DNA from: Thermodesulfobacteriota bacterium
GTDB lineage: Bacteria > Desulfobacterota_D > UBA1144
Direction: 5' to 3'
DNA length: 43,150 nt
Assembly: GCA_029246845.1 (NCBI GenBank)
Contig: JAQWMJ010000022.1
Coordinates: 1-43,150 of the forward strand
Shown here: in pieces, positions 8,464-19,075 of the stretch
How the letters are laid out: the number at the start of each line of letters is the position of its first letter
Position numbering within the stretch: the stretch's first letter is position 1
Program-made: the position numbers and the translations under genes
The notes under the pieces: model-generated
Seen by the model: only the letters and a program-made list of their open reading frames with translations
Database searches by the model: none
Told to the model about the DNA's origin: nothing

Positions 8464-10188
8464 TTACTTCCTAGAACTGAACTTAAGACCACTTTTTGCT
8501 CTATCCCAAGTTTTATCTGATATTTCTTTCAGCTCTGCAACTTTAACTTTTTGAGTTGCAGTCATTGGATAGCCACCTTCAAAGATTTCTATAAATCTAG
8601 GAACCATGGCAACTATGCATTGCTCAGCCATCCAAGTACAGAATTCAGCTTCATCAAATTTTTCGCCATCTTTTAGTATTAGATTTAGTTTCAATTCATC
8701 ATCAGATACATCGGGCAATCTTAAGCCAACTGCTATAGCATCCTGTATTGCTGGATGCATTAATGCTAAATCAGCAACAGCAATTGGGTCTACATTTTCT
8801 CCTGAAACTCTAAGCCTTGTGTGCCTACCTATAAAGTAGTATCTTCCGTCAACTCCACAAGCCATTACATCATCAGAATTAAAGAACCCATCATCATCGA
8901 AGGCTTCTCTTGTTCTTCTTTCATCTTTAAAATATTCATTTAAGGTTGTATTTGGTACTAGTGGTCTAATATAAAGAATACCTTTAGCAGAATCTGGAGG
9001 GGTTGCATCTATGTATGGGTCCCAATGTGGTCTAACAACTTCTTCAATATTTTCAGGATTTCTTAGTTCTACATAAAAACCTTCTGTTGGATATCCCATT
9101 GATTTGTCTCTTAGATCCTCAGGATTTTTCCAAAGTACCATACCCATTTCAGTTGAGCCATATCCATCAATAACTCTTACATTGAATCGTTTTTGAAAAT
9201 CATCTAAATTTCTAGGAGCAGGTGATCCTAGCATAATTCTAATGCTATGTTTTTGATCAAACTCACTTGGTTTAGAAGCATATAAGTACTCTGCTACAGC
9301 ACCAAGCATGTTTACACAAGTTGCTCCGCAGTCGTGTGCCCATTTAAAGAAATTAGATGCGGAGAACTTAGGGAAGAATACGGCAGTCGCTCCAGCACCA
9401 ATTGCGCAAAATAAACATAAAGCTTGAGCATTTGCATGCCCTAAAGATAAAACACTCATTAGTGTATCATCGCTTCTAACTCCCTGCTGCTGCATATATG
9501 CTCTGACCGTCAAAACAACGCCACCATGTTCTCTAACAACACCCTTAGGCATACCGGTTGTTCCTGATGTAAACATACATCTTTCTTTGTCGTCTATTCC
9601 AACATTAACATTTGGATTTTCATTTGAACCTTCATATAAATTATTAAATGGCTCACATGCAATATTGCCTAATTTGCTAGGAACTTTAGAAGAATCGCCC
9701 GTTACATAAATAGTCTTAAGATTCTCTAACTTGTCTGCTATGTCTTCAATAAGTGGAAGACCAGATTGGTCAACAACCAAAGCTACTTGATCCGAATAAT
9801 TAATGATATACGCTAGCCTTTCTCCTTTTTCATCTTTATTTATCGGAACCTGTATTCCACCAGTTTTATGAATTGCAAGAATTGATAAAACAAATTCTGC
9901 ACAATTAAGCATGTACATCCCAACTTTGTCTCCCTTTCCAACACCTAAGTTAATTAAACCGTTTGCAACTTGATTACATTTTTCATTTGTTTCTTTGTAA
10001 GAATAAGTTTCTATAACCTCACCATTTGAATTAGCAATCTTAAACATTGCTTTTTTAGGATAATTTTCCGCTCCTGCTTCAAGATATTTAGTCATTGGTT
10101 GCCAACTTGATGTATCATCTAAGCTTCCATTCGGTAAAGACCCAGAGCCTGTAAATTCCTCTGACCTAGTTTTAAATAGTAATTCCAT
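8464..10188 (-). CDS. AMP-dependent acyl-CoA ligase (CaiC-like), paralogue 1
   Basis: Same motifs, same 574-aa length and colinear with the 6733-8457 protein; GAGGTG RBS. Confidence 0.88.
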   Translation of the reverse strand: MELLFKTRSEEFTGSGSLPNGSLDDTSSWQPMTKYLEAGAENYPKKAMFKIANSNGEVIETYSYKETNEKCNQVANGLINLGVGKGDKVGMYMLNCAEFVLSILAIHKTGGIQVPINKDEKGERLAYIINYSDQVALVVDQSGLPLIEDIADKLENLKTIYVTGDSSKVPSKLGNIACEPFNNLYEGSNENPNVNVGIDDKERCMFTSGTTGMPKGVVREHGGVVLTVRAYMQQQGVRSDDTLMSVLSLGHANAQALCLFCAIGAGATAVFFPKFSASNFFKWAHDCGATCVNMLGAVAEYLYASKPSEFDQKHSIRIMLGSPAPRNLDDFQKRFNVRVIDGYGSTEMGMVLWKNPEDLRDKSMGYPTEGFYVELRNPENIEEVVRPHWDPYIDATPPDSAKGILYIRPLVPNTTLNEYFKDERRTREAFDDDGFFNSDDVMACGVDGRYYFIGRHTRLRVSGENVDPIAVADLALMHPAIQDAIAVGLRLPDVSDDELKLNLILKDGEKFDEAEFCTWMAEQCIVAMVPRFIEIFEGGYPMTATQKVKVAELKEISDKTWDRAKSGLKFSSRK

Positions 10189-10302
10189 TATTTCACCTCT
10201 TTTGAATTAAAATAAATATAAAGATTGCCATATTTTTAAAGGACTTTAAAGTATGTATTGAATTAGTGGCAACATTACTAAAGGCATTGCACAAAGTTAT
10301 TA

Positions 10303-11100
10303 TTAGTAATTTGTAGCTTTTTTTATTTTTTGGACAAAATTTCCAATTTTTTTGCCTATATTTAGTTTATTTTTTAGATTATTTTCTATTATTTTAATAA
10401 TAGCGCTTCCTATTACTATCCCGTTAGATAATTTTTTTAGCTCATTGACATGTTCCGGTTCTGAAATACCAAACCCAACGCACACAGGTTTTTTTGTTTT
10501 TTTTCTTACTTTCGCAATAAACTTTTTTAGATTAACATCTAAAGTTCTTCTAGCCCCGGTTACTCCGGTCACTGATACCAGGTAAATAAATGAATTTGAG
10601 AGCTTGGAAACCATTTTTATCCTTTTCTCCGTGCTTGTAGGAGCAAGAAGATAAACTAATTCGATTCCCGCTTCATTAACTGCATTCTGTGTCTCCTCGG
10701 CTTCTTCTGGGGGTAAATCAACAATTAAAACACCATTTCCGCCTGATTTCCTTATAGACTTCATAACTTTTTTTAAACCATATTGTAGAAAAGGATTAAA
10801 ATAACCAAAGAGAATAATTGGAGTTTGATACTTTAGTCTAAAATCCTCGATTAATTTGAGTGAATCGTCTATATTCACACTGTTTTTTAAAGAACGTTCC
10901 GTAGCCTTTTGTATTGTTGGACCATCTGATATAGGGTCAGAGAAGGGTATACCAAGTTCAATAATATCTACACCGTTTAAGGCTAAGGTTTCAAGAATTT
11001 TTGCAGAATTTCTTAAATCCGGATCACCTGCAGTTATATAAGAAACAAAACAAGCTCTTTTCTTTGCATTACATTCTTCAACGGTTTGAATTAGACTCAT
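10303..11100 (-). CDS. trpA: tryptophan synthase alpha chain
   Basis: YITAGDP, IELGIPFSDPISDGPTIQ, DLPPEE, YLVSVTGVTG, VGFGIS. Confidence 0.97.
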   Translation of the reverse strand: MSLIQTVEECNAKKRACFVSYITAGDPDLRNSAKILETLALNGVDIIELGIPFSDPISDGPTIQKATERSLKNSVNIDDSLKLIEDFRLKYQTPIILFGYFNPFLQYGLKKVMKSIRKSGGNGVLIVDLPPEEAEETQNAVNEAGIELVYLLAPTSTEKRIKMVSKLSNSFIYLVSVTGVTGARRTLDVNLKKFIAKVRKKTKKPVCVGFGISEPEHVNELKKLSNGIVIGSAIIKIIENNLKNKLNIGKKIGNFVQKIKKATNY

Positions 11101-12312
11101 TTAAGATATCTTCCTTTTATCTAAAAAATCTTTAACAGACTGTAAGTCTTTATCCCCTCTGCCAGATAGATTTACAATTACTGATTGATTTTTTTTCATT
11201 TTCTTTGCTGCCTTCATAGCATAAGCTAAGGCATGTGCTGTTTCTAATGCGGGTATTATTCCTTCTTTTTCTGAAAAATATTGCAATGCTTTTACAGCTT
11301 CAGTGTCATTTATAGATTTGTATTCTACTCTTTTTATATCATTTAAGTAAGAATGCTCTGGACCTACGCCAGGATAATCTAATCCAGCAGATACTGAATG
11401 TGTCTCGGTTATTTGACCAAACTTATCTTGAAGAAGATAAGTTTTACTGCCGTGAAGCACTCCTTTAGTGCCAGCCGATATACTAGCTGAATGAAGACCA
11501 GTTTTAATCCCACTACCTCCAGCTTCGACGCCAACCATTTTTACACTATCGTCATTTAGAAAAGGGTAAAAAATACCTATAGCATTCGAACCCCCACCAA
11601 CACAAGCTACAAGTAAATCGGGAAGTTTAGATTCAATTTTAATTATTTGCTTGCGAGTTTCTATACCTATTATGGATTGAAAATCTCTTACTATCATGGG
11701 ATAAGGGTGTGGACCTGCAACACTTCCAATTATATAAAAAGTACTATCAATATTCGTTACCCAATCCCTTAGAGCTTCATTTAATGCATCTTTTAGTGTT
11801 TTAGAGCCCGATTTTACAGGTACGACTTTTGCTCCTAATAGCTCCATTCTTTGCACGTTAATCGATTGTCTATAAGTATCTAATTCACCCATATATACTT
11901 CACAGTCTAATCCAAGAAGTGCACAAACTGTTGCCGTCGCTACACCATGCTGACCAGCTCCTGTTTCTGCTATTATTCTTTTTTTCCCCATTATCTTTGC
12001 AAGTATTGCTTGACCAACTGTATTGTTAATTTTGTGTGCCCCGGTGTGAGCAAGATCTTCTCTTTTTAAATAAATCTTAGCACCGTTTAAATCCCTAGTT
12101 GTTCTTTCAGCGAGATATAATGGAGTAGGTCGACCCACAAAATCTTTAAGAAGTATATTTATTTTATCTCTAAATTTTTTGTTATTTTTTATTTTTCTAT
12201 ATTCTTTTTCAAGCTCATCTAAGGCAGGCATTAATGTCTCAGAAACAAATTTTCCACCATACTCGCCAAACCTACCATCTTTATTAGGAAATATTTTTAA
12301 ATTTTTTTTCAT
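11101..12312 (-). CDS. trpB: tryptophan synthase beta chain
   Basis: [54 protein letters not shown]. Confidence 0.98.
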   Translation of the reverse strand: MKKNLKIFPNKDGRFGEYGGKFVSETLMPALDELEKEYRKIKNNKKFRDKINILLKDFVGRPTPLYLAERTTRDLNGAKIYLKREDLAHTGAHKINNTVGQAILAKIMGKKRIIAETGAGQHGVATATVCALLGLDCEVYMGELDTYRQSINVQRMELLGAKVVPVKSGSKTLKDALNEALRDWVTNIDSTFYIIGSVAGPHPYPMIVRDFQSIIGIETRKQIIKIESKLPDLLVACVGGGSNAIGIFYPFLNDDSVKMVGVEAGGSGIKTGLHSASISAGTKGVLHGSKTYLLQDKFGQITETHSVSAGLDYPGVGPEHSYLNDIKRVEYKSINDTEAVKALQYFSEKEGIIPALETAHALAYAMKAAKKMKKNQSVIVNLSGRGDKDLQSVKDFLDKRKIS

Positions 12313-12917
12313 AATTTTATTAATCTTACTATAGTTTGAAGTTTTTTAACATCCTTAATGCCTGGAGCTTGCTCAACCCCTGAGCAAATATCAAAAAAAG
12401 TAGTATTAGATTCTTTAATTGCTCTATTAATATTTTCCAATGTAAGTCCACCTGAGAGAATAATATCTTCTCTTTTTTCTATTTCAGATAGCAAGTCCCA
12501 GTTAAAAGTTTTACCTGTACCACCATGTAATTCCTTATCAAAAGTATCGAATAAGAAATAGTTTACGTTGTAACTTGTATAGCTATTATTTGCTACATTT
12601 TCTATTGAAAAAGCCTTTATAGTTTTACATGAAATTTTATTAATAAAACTAGGACTTTCATTTCCATGAAGTTGTACATATTCAAGTTCCAACTCTTTTA
12701 CAATTTCGTTAACCTTGGAATACTCTTCATCAACAAAGACTCCAACTTTATTAATCGGATACTTAGCAAGAGCATCACATATACTTTTAGCTTTTTTGAC
12801 TTCTATAAACCTAGGACTAGGTTTATAGAATATAAAGCCTATAAAGTCCACTTTTAGATCTGCGCACAATAGGGCATCATTTAGTTGAGTTACACCACAA
12901 ATTTTAACTTTATTCAT
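12309..12917 (-). CDS. trpF: phosphoribosylanthranilate isomerase
   Basis: [34 protein letters not shown]. Confidence 0.95.
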   Translation of the reverse strand: MNKVKICGVTQLNDALLCADLKVDFIGFIFYKPSPRFIEVKKAKSICDALAKYPINKVGVFVDEEYSKVNEIVKELELEYVQLHGNESPSFINKISCKTIKAFSIENVANNSYTSYNVNYFLFDTFDKELHGGTGKTFNWDLLSEIEKREDIILSGGLTLENINRAIKESNTTFFDICSGVEQAPGIKDVKKLQTIVRLIKL

Positions 12918-14061
12918 CTTTTACTAATCTCAGGTATTTAGATTTCATATTTTGAAAGCTAAAGTTTTTCATTATATGAAGTTTAGCCGAATCCCCCATG
13001 TTTGGTAAATTACTTCTATTTAAAAAGGCTTGTTGTATTTTCTTTGCTATGTCATCTATATCTTCAGAATCTACTAGATACCCGTTTACTCCATCTTGAA
13101 TTAATTCTTGGGTTCCACTGTCTCTAGAACCTATAACAGGTGTCGACCTCGACATACTTTCGATAGCAACATTAGGTAAGCCTTCAATTTTAGAGTTCCA
13201 AGTTCGATTACATAATATAAAAGCGTCGGCGCTGTCATAGTATTTGTGAATTTCACTTCTTTCAATACCACCCGAAAAAATAACATTCTCATCTAGTCCT
13301 AATGATTTAACTAAAGACTTATATTTTTCTTTATGCCCTCCTTCACCCACACAAACATATTTAATATTCTTATTGTTAATTTTAGCTAAAGCTTTTATAA
13401 CAAAATCCTGACCTTTCCTAGGTAAAAGTCTAGAAACAGTCAATAAAATAAAAGTCTTCTCATTTTCTTTAAATTCCGGAATTAAGGATAAGTCCTTTTT
13501 ACGTTCAATGAAACTTGAATCAATCCCATTATATATAAGCCTAATCTTATCATGTGAAAAGTATTCATTCTCTGATTTCATTAGTTTCATAGTGTTTGTA
13601 CTGACGGCAATTATATTTTTGGAGTTTCTATAAAGCCTTTTAAGAAGGAACTTAGATAAAATTTTTGAAATACCCTTTTTTTTTATTATCGATTCAATGC
13701 CAGAGCCAGCTATTCTGACAATTTGATCAATTTCCCTATTATTCAATAGCCCCCCAATGAGTTCAGCTTCTTCTCCAAGAAAGAGTATCTTGTCAGGTTT
13801 AAAAGTTCTAATTATTTGCCTAACCCTTAAAAGACCATAAATATACTGCGTAAGAGGCACTTTTTTAAAGTTCTTTCCTCCAATAAAATTAATTCTATCT
13901 ATGCAAAAATTTTCTGGCTCATTAAAATTATCTATTCCATAGTCGGGACAGCAAACTATTAACTTATTTTCAGAGCTTAATATATCAGCAATCATTTTAG
14001 CTGAAGTAGCAATACCACCCTGAAAAGGTGGGAATTCATGCGTATATATTAAAACATTCAT
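12910..14061 (-). CDS. glycosyltransferase family 4 (GT-B fold)
   Basis: FPPFQGGI, IYNGID, VSRLLPRKG, EGLPNVAIESM, ELIQDGVNGYLV. Confidence 0.9.
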   Translation of the reverse strand: MNVLIYTHEFPPFQGGIATSAKMIADILSSENKLIVCCPDYGIDNFNEPENFCIDRINFIGGKNFKKVPLTQYIYGLLRVRQIIRTFKPDKILFLGEEAELIGGLLNNREIDQIVRIAGSGIESIIKKKGISKILSKFLLKRLYRNSKNIIAVSTNTMKLMKSENEYFSHDKIRLIYNGIDSSFIERKKDLSLIPEFKENEKTFILLTVSRLLPRKGQDFVIKALAKINNKNIKYVCVGEGGHKEKYKSLVKSLGLDENVIFSGGIERSEIHKYYDSADAFILCNRTWNSKIEGLPNVAIESMSRSTPVIGSRDSGTQELIQDGVNGYLVDSEDIDDIAKKIQQAFLNRSNLPNMGDSAKLHIMKNFSFQNMKSKYLRLVKDE

Positions 14062-14141
14062 TTTTTAATTATATTGCATTATATAATATATAAAAGGTTT
14101 GGAATTAACGGTATAATTGTTTTACTTGTTGGAGGCTATAA

Positions 14142-14321
14142 ATGATAGGTGGATTGGGTATAGGAGAATTAGTAATCATCTTGGTTATTGTTCTTTTAAT
14201 ATTTGGACCAAACAAATTAGGAGATATTGGTTCTGCTATAGGTAGAGGCATTTCTGGTTTTAAAAGAGCGATGAAAGACAAAGATTCTGATGAAGATAAA
14301 GATGAAGACTCTAAACTTTAA
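14142..14321 (+). CDS. tatA: twin-arginine translocase subunit TatA/E (59 aa; absent from the ORF track)
   Basis: My translation: MIGGLGIGELVIILVIVLLIFGPNKLGDIGSAIGRGISGFKRAMKDKDSDEDKDEDSKL*, with TM helix, FG hinge, amphipathic helix and acidic tail; GGAGG RBS at 14131. Confidence 0.95.
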   Translation: MIGGLGIGELVIILVIVLLIFGPNKLGDIGSAIGRGISGFKRAMKDKDSDEDKDEDSKL

Positions 14322-14744
14322 CTATATCTTCTGAGCCAATTCTATTAGTACACCATTTAGACTCTTAGGATGGGCGAACGCCACGAGAGTATTGTTTAAT
14401 CCCTCTCTAGGAGTATGATCAATCATTTCTATCCCATCTTTCTTTAAAGACTCTATACCTTCGTATATATCTTTTACTAAGTAGCATATATGATGCATAC
14501 CTTCACCTCTTTTCTCTAGAAACTTAGAAATTGAAGAATCATCCACCACTGGTTCAAGTAGTTCAATAGCAGAGGATGAAGAATCTTTAGAAACTAGCAT
14601 TATTGCTCTAACTCCTTGATCGGGAACTGTTTCATCATGCTCTACTATTAGACCTAAAGTCTTTTGGTAAAGTTTAGCTGTATCAGAAGCATTTCGAACA
14701 GCAATTCCAACATGATACAAGTCACCTACTTTAAAAATTTCCAT
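14322..14744 (-). CDS. mce: methylmalonyl-CoA epimerase (VOC family)
   Basis: HVGIAV, QGV, IELLEP, FLEKRGEGMHHI, FAHPK..GVLIEL; same operon as meaB. Confidence 0.9.
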   Translation of the reverse strand: MEIFKVGDLYHVGIAVRNASDTAKLYQKTLGLIVEHDETVPDQGVRAIMLVSKDSSSSAIELLEPVVDDSSISKFLEKRGEGMHHICYLVKDIYEGIESLKKDGIEMIDHTPREGLNNTLVAFAHPKSLNGVLIELAQKI

Positions 14745-14777
14745 AGCTATTTAATTTAATACATTAGGACCAATTCA

Positions 14778-16199
14778 TCAAATTATTTTATATGATTCAT
14801 TAAGTTTTTTTGGGAAAGTTAATATATTAAGGCCTTTTATAGTGGTATTTCTTTTATTCTTTTCTAGTATTTTTGTAAGAGTTTCTGACAATTCTTCTTT
14901 AATTTCTATTATAAACTTTGTTTTCTTGGTAGTCTTCTTCAAGAAAATAATTTCTCTAATTAAGTCGTAGCAGATAATATCTTTTCTAGTTACAACACCT
15001 GATCCATAGCATAAACTGCAGCTTTCGCTTACCAAACTAGAAGTCCTATTGCCAATTTTTTGCCTTGTCATTTCAACAATTCCAAATTTGGACATCGGTA
15101 GAATCGAATGTTTTGCTTTGTCTTTACTCATGGAATCTTTCAAAGCTTTGAATACTTTTTTTCTTTCTGATGAACTTTGAAGGTCTATGAAGTCAATCAG
15201 AACAATACCACTAAGATTCCTGAGGAGTATTTGATGACCAATTTCCTTAGCCATACCCAAATTTACACTAAGATTTGTTTCATTTTTATTGTTAAGACTT
15301 CTTCCTGAGTTAACATCAACAACCGTTAGCCCTTCCTTTTCTTCTATTAATAAGAAAGAACCATTTTTAAGGTTTACTTTCTTGTGAAAAATCCTATCAA
15401 TTTCCTTGTTAACCTTATTAATTACAAATAAATCTTCTTTGCCTGATAAGAGTTTAATATCTGTCTTTTTTTCTTTTGGACCAGAACTTAAGACTTGTTT
15501 TTTAAAGTAATTATATATTTTTCTAGAGTTTACCTGAATCTCATTAGTATCTGAAGTCATCAGTTCACGATAAATATTTTCAATTATATTGTCTTCTTGA
15601 TGCAAAAGAATAGGTTCATTTGAATTATTAAAGCCTGAAATAATTTCTTTCCATTTGGCTTTAGTTTCTCGTATGTCCTCTTTAATATCTTTTAGTTTTT
15701 GTTTTTCAGCAGAAGTTCTGAGTATTATCCCAAGATTTTTTGTAGTAAATTTTTTAAGTGACTTTAGCCTTAATCTTTTCTCATCGCTATTAATTTTCTT
15801 AGATATCCCGAAAAATTTAGGTTTAGCAACTACTACGCAAAACTTAGAGGGTAACGCAACAAAATCTGATACCTTAGGGGCCTTTCTTGGATCATAATCG
15901 CCCACGCATTGTACTAAAATAAAATTCTTGTCTTGTATCTTGTAGGAATCAGAGTCCTCAGTATTAAAGTCCGCTTTTAAAGGATGAAAATTTGATAAAA
16001 AAGCACTTTTTTCATCGTCAATTTTTACAAAAGAGGCTTCAATTCCTCTAGCAGAAAGGTTTTTTCTTGCCTTGTATATATTCCCCCTAATAGAAGTTTG
16101 TATGCTGGTATTGTCAATTAAGAAGTAAGAAAGCTTAGAATTATCAAGTACAGCAACTCTTATCTGATCGAGAGTTTCGCTAATTATAATTTTTCTCAA
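14778..16199 (-). CDS. rng: ribonuclease E/G family (RNase G-sized)
   Basis: GNIYK, VVDVNSG, LRNLSGIVLIDFID, GIVEMTRQ, CSLCYGSG Zn-link; TTG start. Confidence 0.88.
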   Translation of the reverse strand: MRKIIISETLDQIRVAVLDNSKLSYFLIDNTSIQTSIRGNIYKARKNLSARGIEASFVKIDDEKSAFLSNFHPLKADFNTEDSDSYKIQDKNFILVQCVGDYDPRKAPKVSDFVALPSKFCVVVAKPKFFGISKKINSDEKRLRLKSLKKFTTKNLGIILRTSAEKQKLKDIKEDIRETKAKWKEIISGFNNSNEPILLHQEDNIIENIYRELMTSDTNEIQVNSRKIYNYFKKQVLSSGPKEKKTDIKLLSGKEDLFVINKVNKEIDRIFHKKVNLKNGSFLLIEEKEGLTVVDVNSGRSLNNKNETNLSVNLGMAKEIGHQILLRNLSGIVLIDFIDLQSSSERKKVFKALKDSMSKDKAKHSILPMSKFGIVEMTRQKIGNRTSSLVSESCSLCYGSGVVTRKDIICYDLIREIIFLKKTTKKTKFIIEIKEELSETLTKILEKNKRNTTIKGLNILTFPKKLNESYKII

Positions 16200-17152
16200 T
16201 TATTTTTCTTTATTAGATTAATTATATTCTCAACTAATACTTCAGGTTCTAATAATCCATTTTCTAATTTATGTATCAACTCTTTAAATGTAGCAGTTTC
16301 TTTAGTCTTTTCCAATTCATTTCTCAATCGTTTATCGACCATAGTATTTAATTCGGATATTTTTCTTCTATTCCTTTTATTGGCAAGTGCACCATTAGAC
16401 TCTTCGTAGGACTTAAAGTCTAGTACTTCTTGAATTAACTCATCTACCCCAATATCATTTTCTGCTTGAGTTGTGAGGACTTTAGTTTTGCGAGAAGAAC
16501 TGTCATGTTTTAACGAAACCATGTAGTCAATTTCACGGGCTAGTTTTTCGGCACCACCTCTGTCAGCTTTGTTTACGATAAATATATCACCAATTTCCAT
16601 TAATCCAGCTTTCATTGCTTGAATCCCATCTCCAGCTTCAGGGACGAGTGTTACTAAGACCGAATCTGATATCTTTATTATATCTAGCTCAGTTTGACCC
16701 ACACCAACTGTTTCAATTATGACAATATCCATTCCGAAAATATCAAATAATTTAATCATTGAACTAGTTGAACTTGATAGTCCTCCTAAGTCACCTCTGC
16801 TTCCAACGCTTCTAATAAAAACAGAAGTATCCAAAGAGTGTTCTTGCATCCTAACTCTGTCACCAAGCACTGCTCCGCCGGTAAAAGGACTACTAGGGTC
16901 AATCGCTATAACTCCAATCTTAAGATTCATACCCCTAAACTTTTTAATTATTTGGTTAGTCAAGGTGCTTTTGCCTGCACCTGGGGGACCTGTAACGCCA
17001 ATCGTATAGGCCTTGTTTGGTATACGTTTTACAGAGTTTATTATTCTAAAAATAGATGAGGAGTCACTTTCTATCGAACTGATCAGCTTTGAAAGACAAA
17101 CACGATCATTTGATATTAATCCTTTAATTAAATCTTTATAACTTCTTTTCAT
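16196..17152 (-). CDS. meaB: methylmalonyl-CoA mutase-associated GTPase
   Basis: GVTGPPGAGKST, IDPSSPFTGGAVLGDRVRM, IETVGVGQ, KAGLMEI, VNKAD. Confidence 0.93.
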   Translation of the reverse strand: MKRSYKDLIKGLISNDRVCLSKLISSIESDSSSIFRIINSVKRIPNKAYTIGVTGPPGAGKSTLTNQIIKKFRGMNLKIGVIAIDPSSPFTGGAVLGDRVRMQEHSLDTSVFIRSVGSRGDLGGLSSSTSSMIKLFDIFGMDIVIIETVGVGQTELDIIKISDSVLVTLVPEAGDGIQAMKAGLMEIGDIFIVNKADRGGAEKLAREIDYMVSLKHDSSSRKTKVLTTQAENDIGVDELIQEVLDFKSYEESNGALANKRNRRKISELNTMVDKRLRNELEKTKETATFKELIHKLENGLLEPEVLVENIINLIKKNN

Positions 17153-17552
17153 TACCCTTCCTAATAATTATATCGAAATGAGATTTTTTTACTTCCATTA
17201 CAGAAAGTCTTGATTGTTTAACAAGAGACATTTCTTGTAATTTTTTGTCATTCTTAATTTCATCTAAGGTGATACTTCTTTTTAAACTTTTTTTAAATTT
17301 AAGATCTACAACTACCCATTTTTTATCTTCAGTCGTAGGGTCTTGATAGAACTCCCTAGTAACAGTAGTTATTCCTACAATCTCTTTTCCTACATTACTA
17401 TGATAAAAAAACACTAAATCACCCTTTTTCATAGCTTTGAGATTATTTCTAGCTTGATAATTTCTCACTCCATCCCAATATGTTGTATTATCTTTTATCA
17501 TGTCATTCCATGAATATTTATATGGTTCGGATTTAACAAGCCAATATCTCAT
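17136..17552 (-). CDS. EVE domain protein
   Basis: YWLVKSEP, WDGVRNYQARN, GDLVFFYHS, YQDPT, SRLSV. Confidence 0.93.
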   Translation of the reverse strand: MRYWLVKSEPYKYSWNDMIKDNTTYWDGVRNYQARNNLKAMKKGDLVFFYHSNVGKEIVGITTVTREFYQDPTTEDKKWVVVDLKFKKSLKRSITLDEIKNDKKLQEMSLVKQSRLSVMEVKKSHFDIIIRKGNEKKL

Positions 17553-17595
17553 AAAAATAAATTTAATTTATTAATTAATTTTTGTAAAATGTAAT

Positions 17596-18330
17596 ATGAT
17601 GATTTTAGTTCCAGCAATTGATATAAAAGATGAAAAATGTGTAAGACTCTTCAAGGGGGATTACAGTAAAGAAACGATTTATTCTGATAATCCCTTGGAA
17701 GTATCTACGAAATGGATTAAAGAAGGTGCTAGCTTAATACATCTTGTAGATCTAGATGGAGCACTTGAAGGAAGTACAAAAAATTTTAATATTATTAAAG
17801 ATATTGTTAAACATGATGAATGCAAGTTCCAGGTTGGTGGTGGAATTAGAAATATAGAAACAATAGAAAAGTACTTATCTATAGGGGTAGAAAGAGTTAT
17901 TATCGGTACATCCGCTTTTACTGAAAAAGGTTTTCTTAAAAAAGCTTGTGAAAACTTTGGCGATAAAATTGCCGTAGGTCTGGATATTAAGGATGGAAAA
18001 ATCGCAATCAGGGGATGGAATACAAAAATAGATGTGACCATAGAAGACGCGGTATTAGACTTTAAGAACCTTGGTGTTTCAATGATTGTTCTAACTTCAG
18101 TAGATAGGGATGGAACGTTGGAAGGCTTTAATGAAGATTTAATCGAATATTATTTGAGAATCTCTGATATTCCAATAATAGTTTCGGGCGGAATAAAAGA
18201 TTCCAGAGATTTAGAGAAGATAAAAAATCTGAGAAGTAAAAGTATATTTGGAGTAATCTTAGGAAAATCATTATATGAAAATACGATTGATTTAAGTGCT
18301 AGCATAGAGGTATATCAGGATGTTAGCTAA
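17596..18330 (+). CDS. hisA: ProFAR isomerase
   Basis: [42 protein letters not shown]. Confidence 0.96.
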   Translation: MMILVPAIDIKDEKCVRLFKGDYSKETIYSDNPLEVSTKWIKEGASLIHLVDLDGALEGSTKNFNIIKDIVKHDECKFQVGGGIRNIETIEKYLSIGVERVIIGTSAFTEKGFLKKACENFGDKIAVGLDIKDGKIAIRGWNTKIDVTIEDAVLDFKNLGVSMIVLTSVDRDGTLEGFNEDLIEYYLRISDIPIIVSGGIKDSRDLEKIKNLRSKSIFGVILGKSLYENTIDLSASIEVYQDVS

Positions 18331-19075
18331 AAGAATCATACCTTGCTTGGATATTGATAAGGGAAGAGTAGTAAAGGGTGTTAATTTTGTTAATCTTGTC
18401 GATGCAGGCGATCCTGTAGAGATTGCTACAAAGTATAGCAATGAGGGGGCTGATGAGATTACATTTCTTGATATTACGGCATCAAATGAAGAAAGAAACA
18501 TCATAATCGATTTAGTTGAAAGAGCCGCAGAAAAAGTTTTCGTACCTCTCACAGTAGGAGGGGGAGTTAGAAAGTTTGAGGATATTAAGGATTTATTAAG
18601 AGCTGGAGCGGATAAAGTTTCAATTAATACTTCAGCCATACTTAACCCTAAACTTGTTACAGAGTCGGCAATGAAGTTTGGTTCTCAATGTATAGTGGTT
18701 GCTGTTGATATAAAAAGAAAAGATTCAGGCTGGGAAGTCTTTACACATGGAGGCAGAAAACCTACAGGCTTAGATTGCATGGAGTGGGTAAAAAAAATGC
18801 AAGATTATGGTGCGGGTGAAATTCTTCTTACTTCTATGGATAGAGATGGTACAAAAAAAGGTTATGATTTGGAGATTCTTTCGATACTTTCCGAAACTAT
18901 AAATATTCCAATTATTGCTTCTGGTGGGGCAGGTACTTTGGAGCATATAGCCGAAGCTTTTACAATAGGAAAAGCTGATGCTGCACTATGCGCTTCGATT
19001 CTTCATTTTGGTGAATATAAGATTAATGATGCTAAGAACTATTTGTCGGATAAGGGTATATTGGTTAGGCAATGA
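18320..19075 (+). CDS. hisF: imidazole glycerol phosphate synthase cyclase subunit
   Basis: [46 protein letters not shown]. Confidence 0.98.
   Translation: MLAKRIIPCLDIDKGRVVKGVNFVNLVDAGDPVEIATKYSNEGADEITFLDITASNEERNIIIDLVERAAEKVFVPLTVGGGVRKFEDIKDLLRAGADKVSINTSAILNPKLVTESAMKFGSQCIVVAVDIKRKDSGWEVFTHGGRKPTGLDCMEWVKKMQDYGAGEILLTSMDRDGTKKGYDLEILSILSETINIPIIASGGAGTLEHIAEAFTIGKADAALCASILHFGEYKINDAKNYLSDKGILVRQ

Noticed and set aside
10225..10292. TTGCCA/TGGCAA elements and a TTTAAAG-GA-CTTTAAA dyad upstream of ligase 1
   Set aside because: No correctly spaced -24/-12 pair, and the dyad is short and AT-rich; cannot be distinguished from chance
17136..17552. EVE protein as part of a modification-dependent restriction system
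   Set aside because: Stand-alone domain with no fused or adjacent nuclease or toxin
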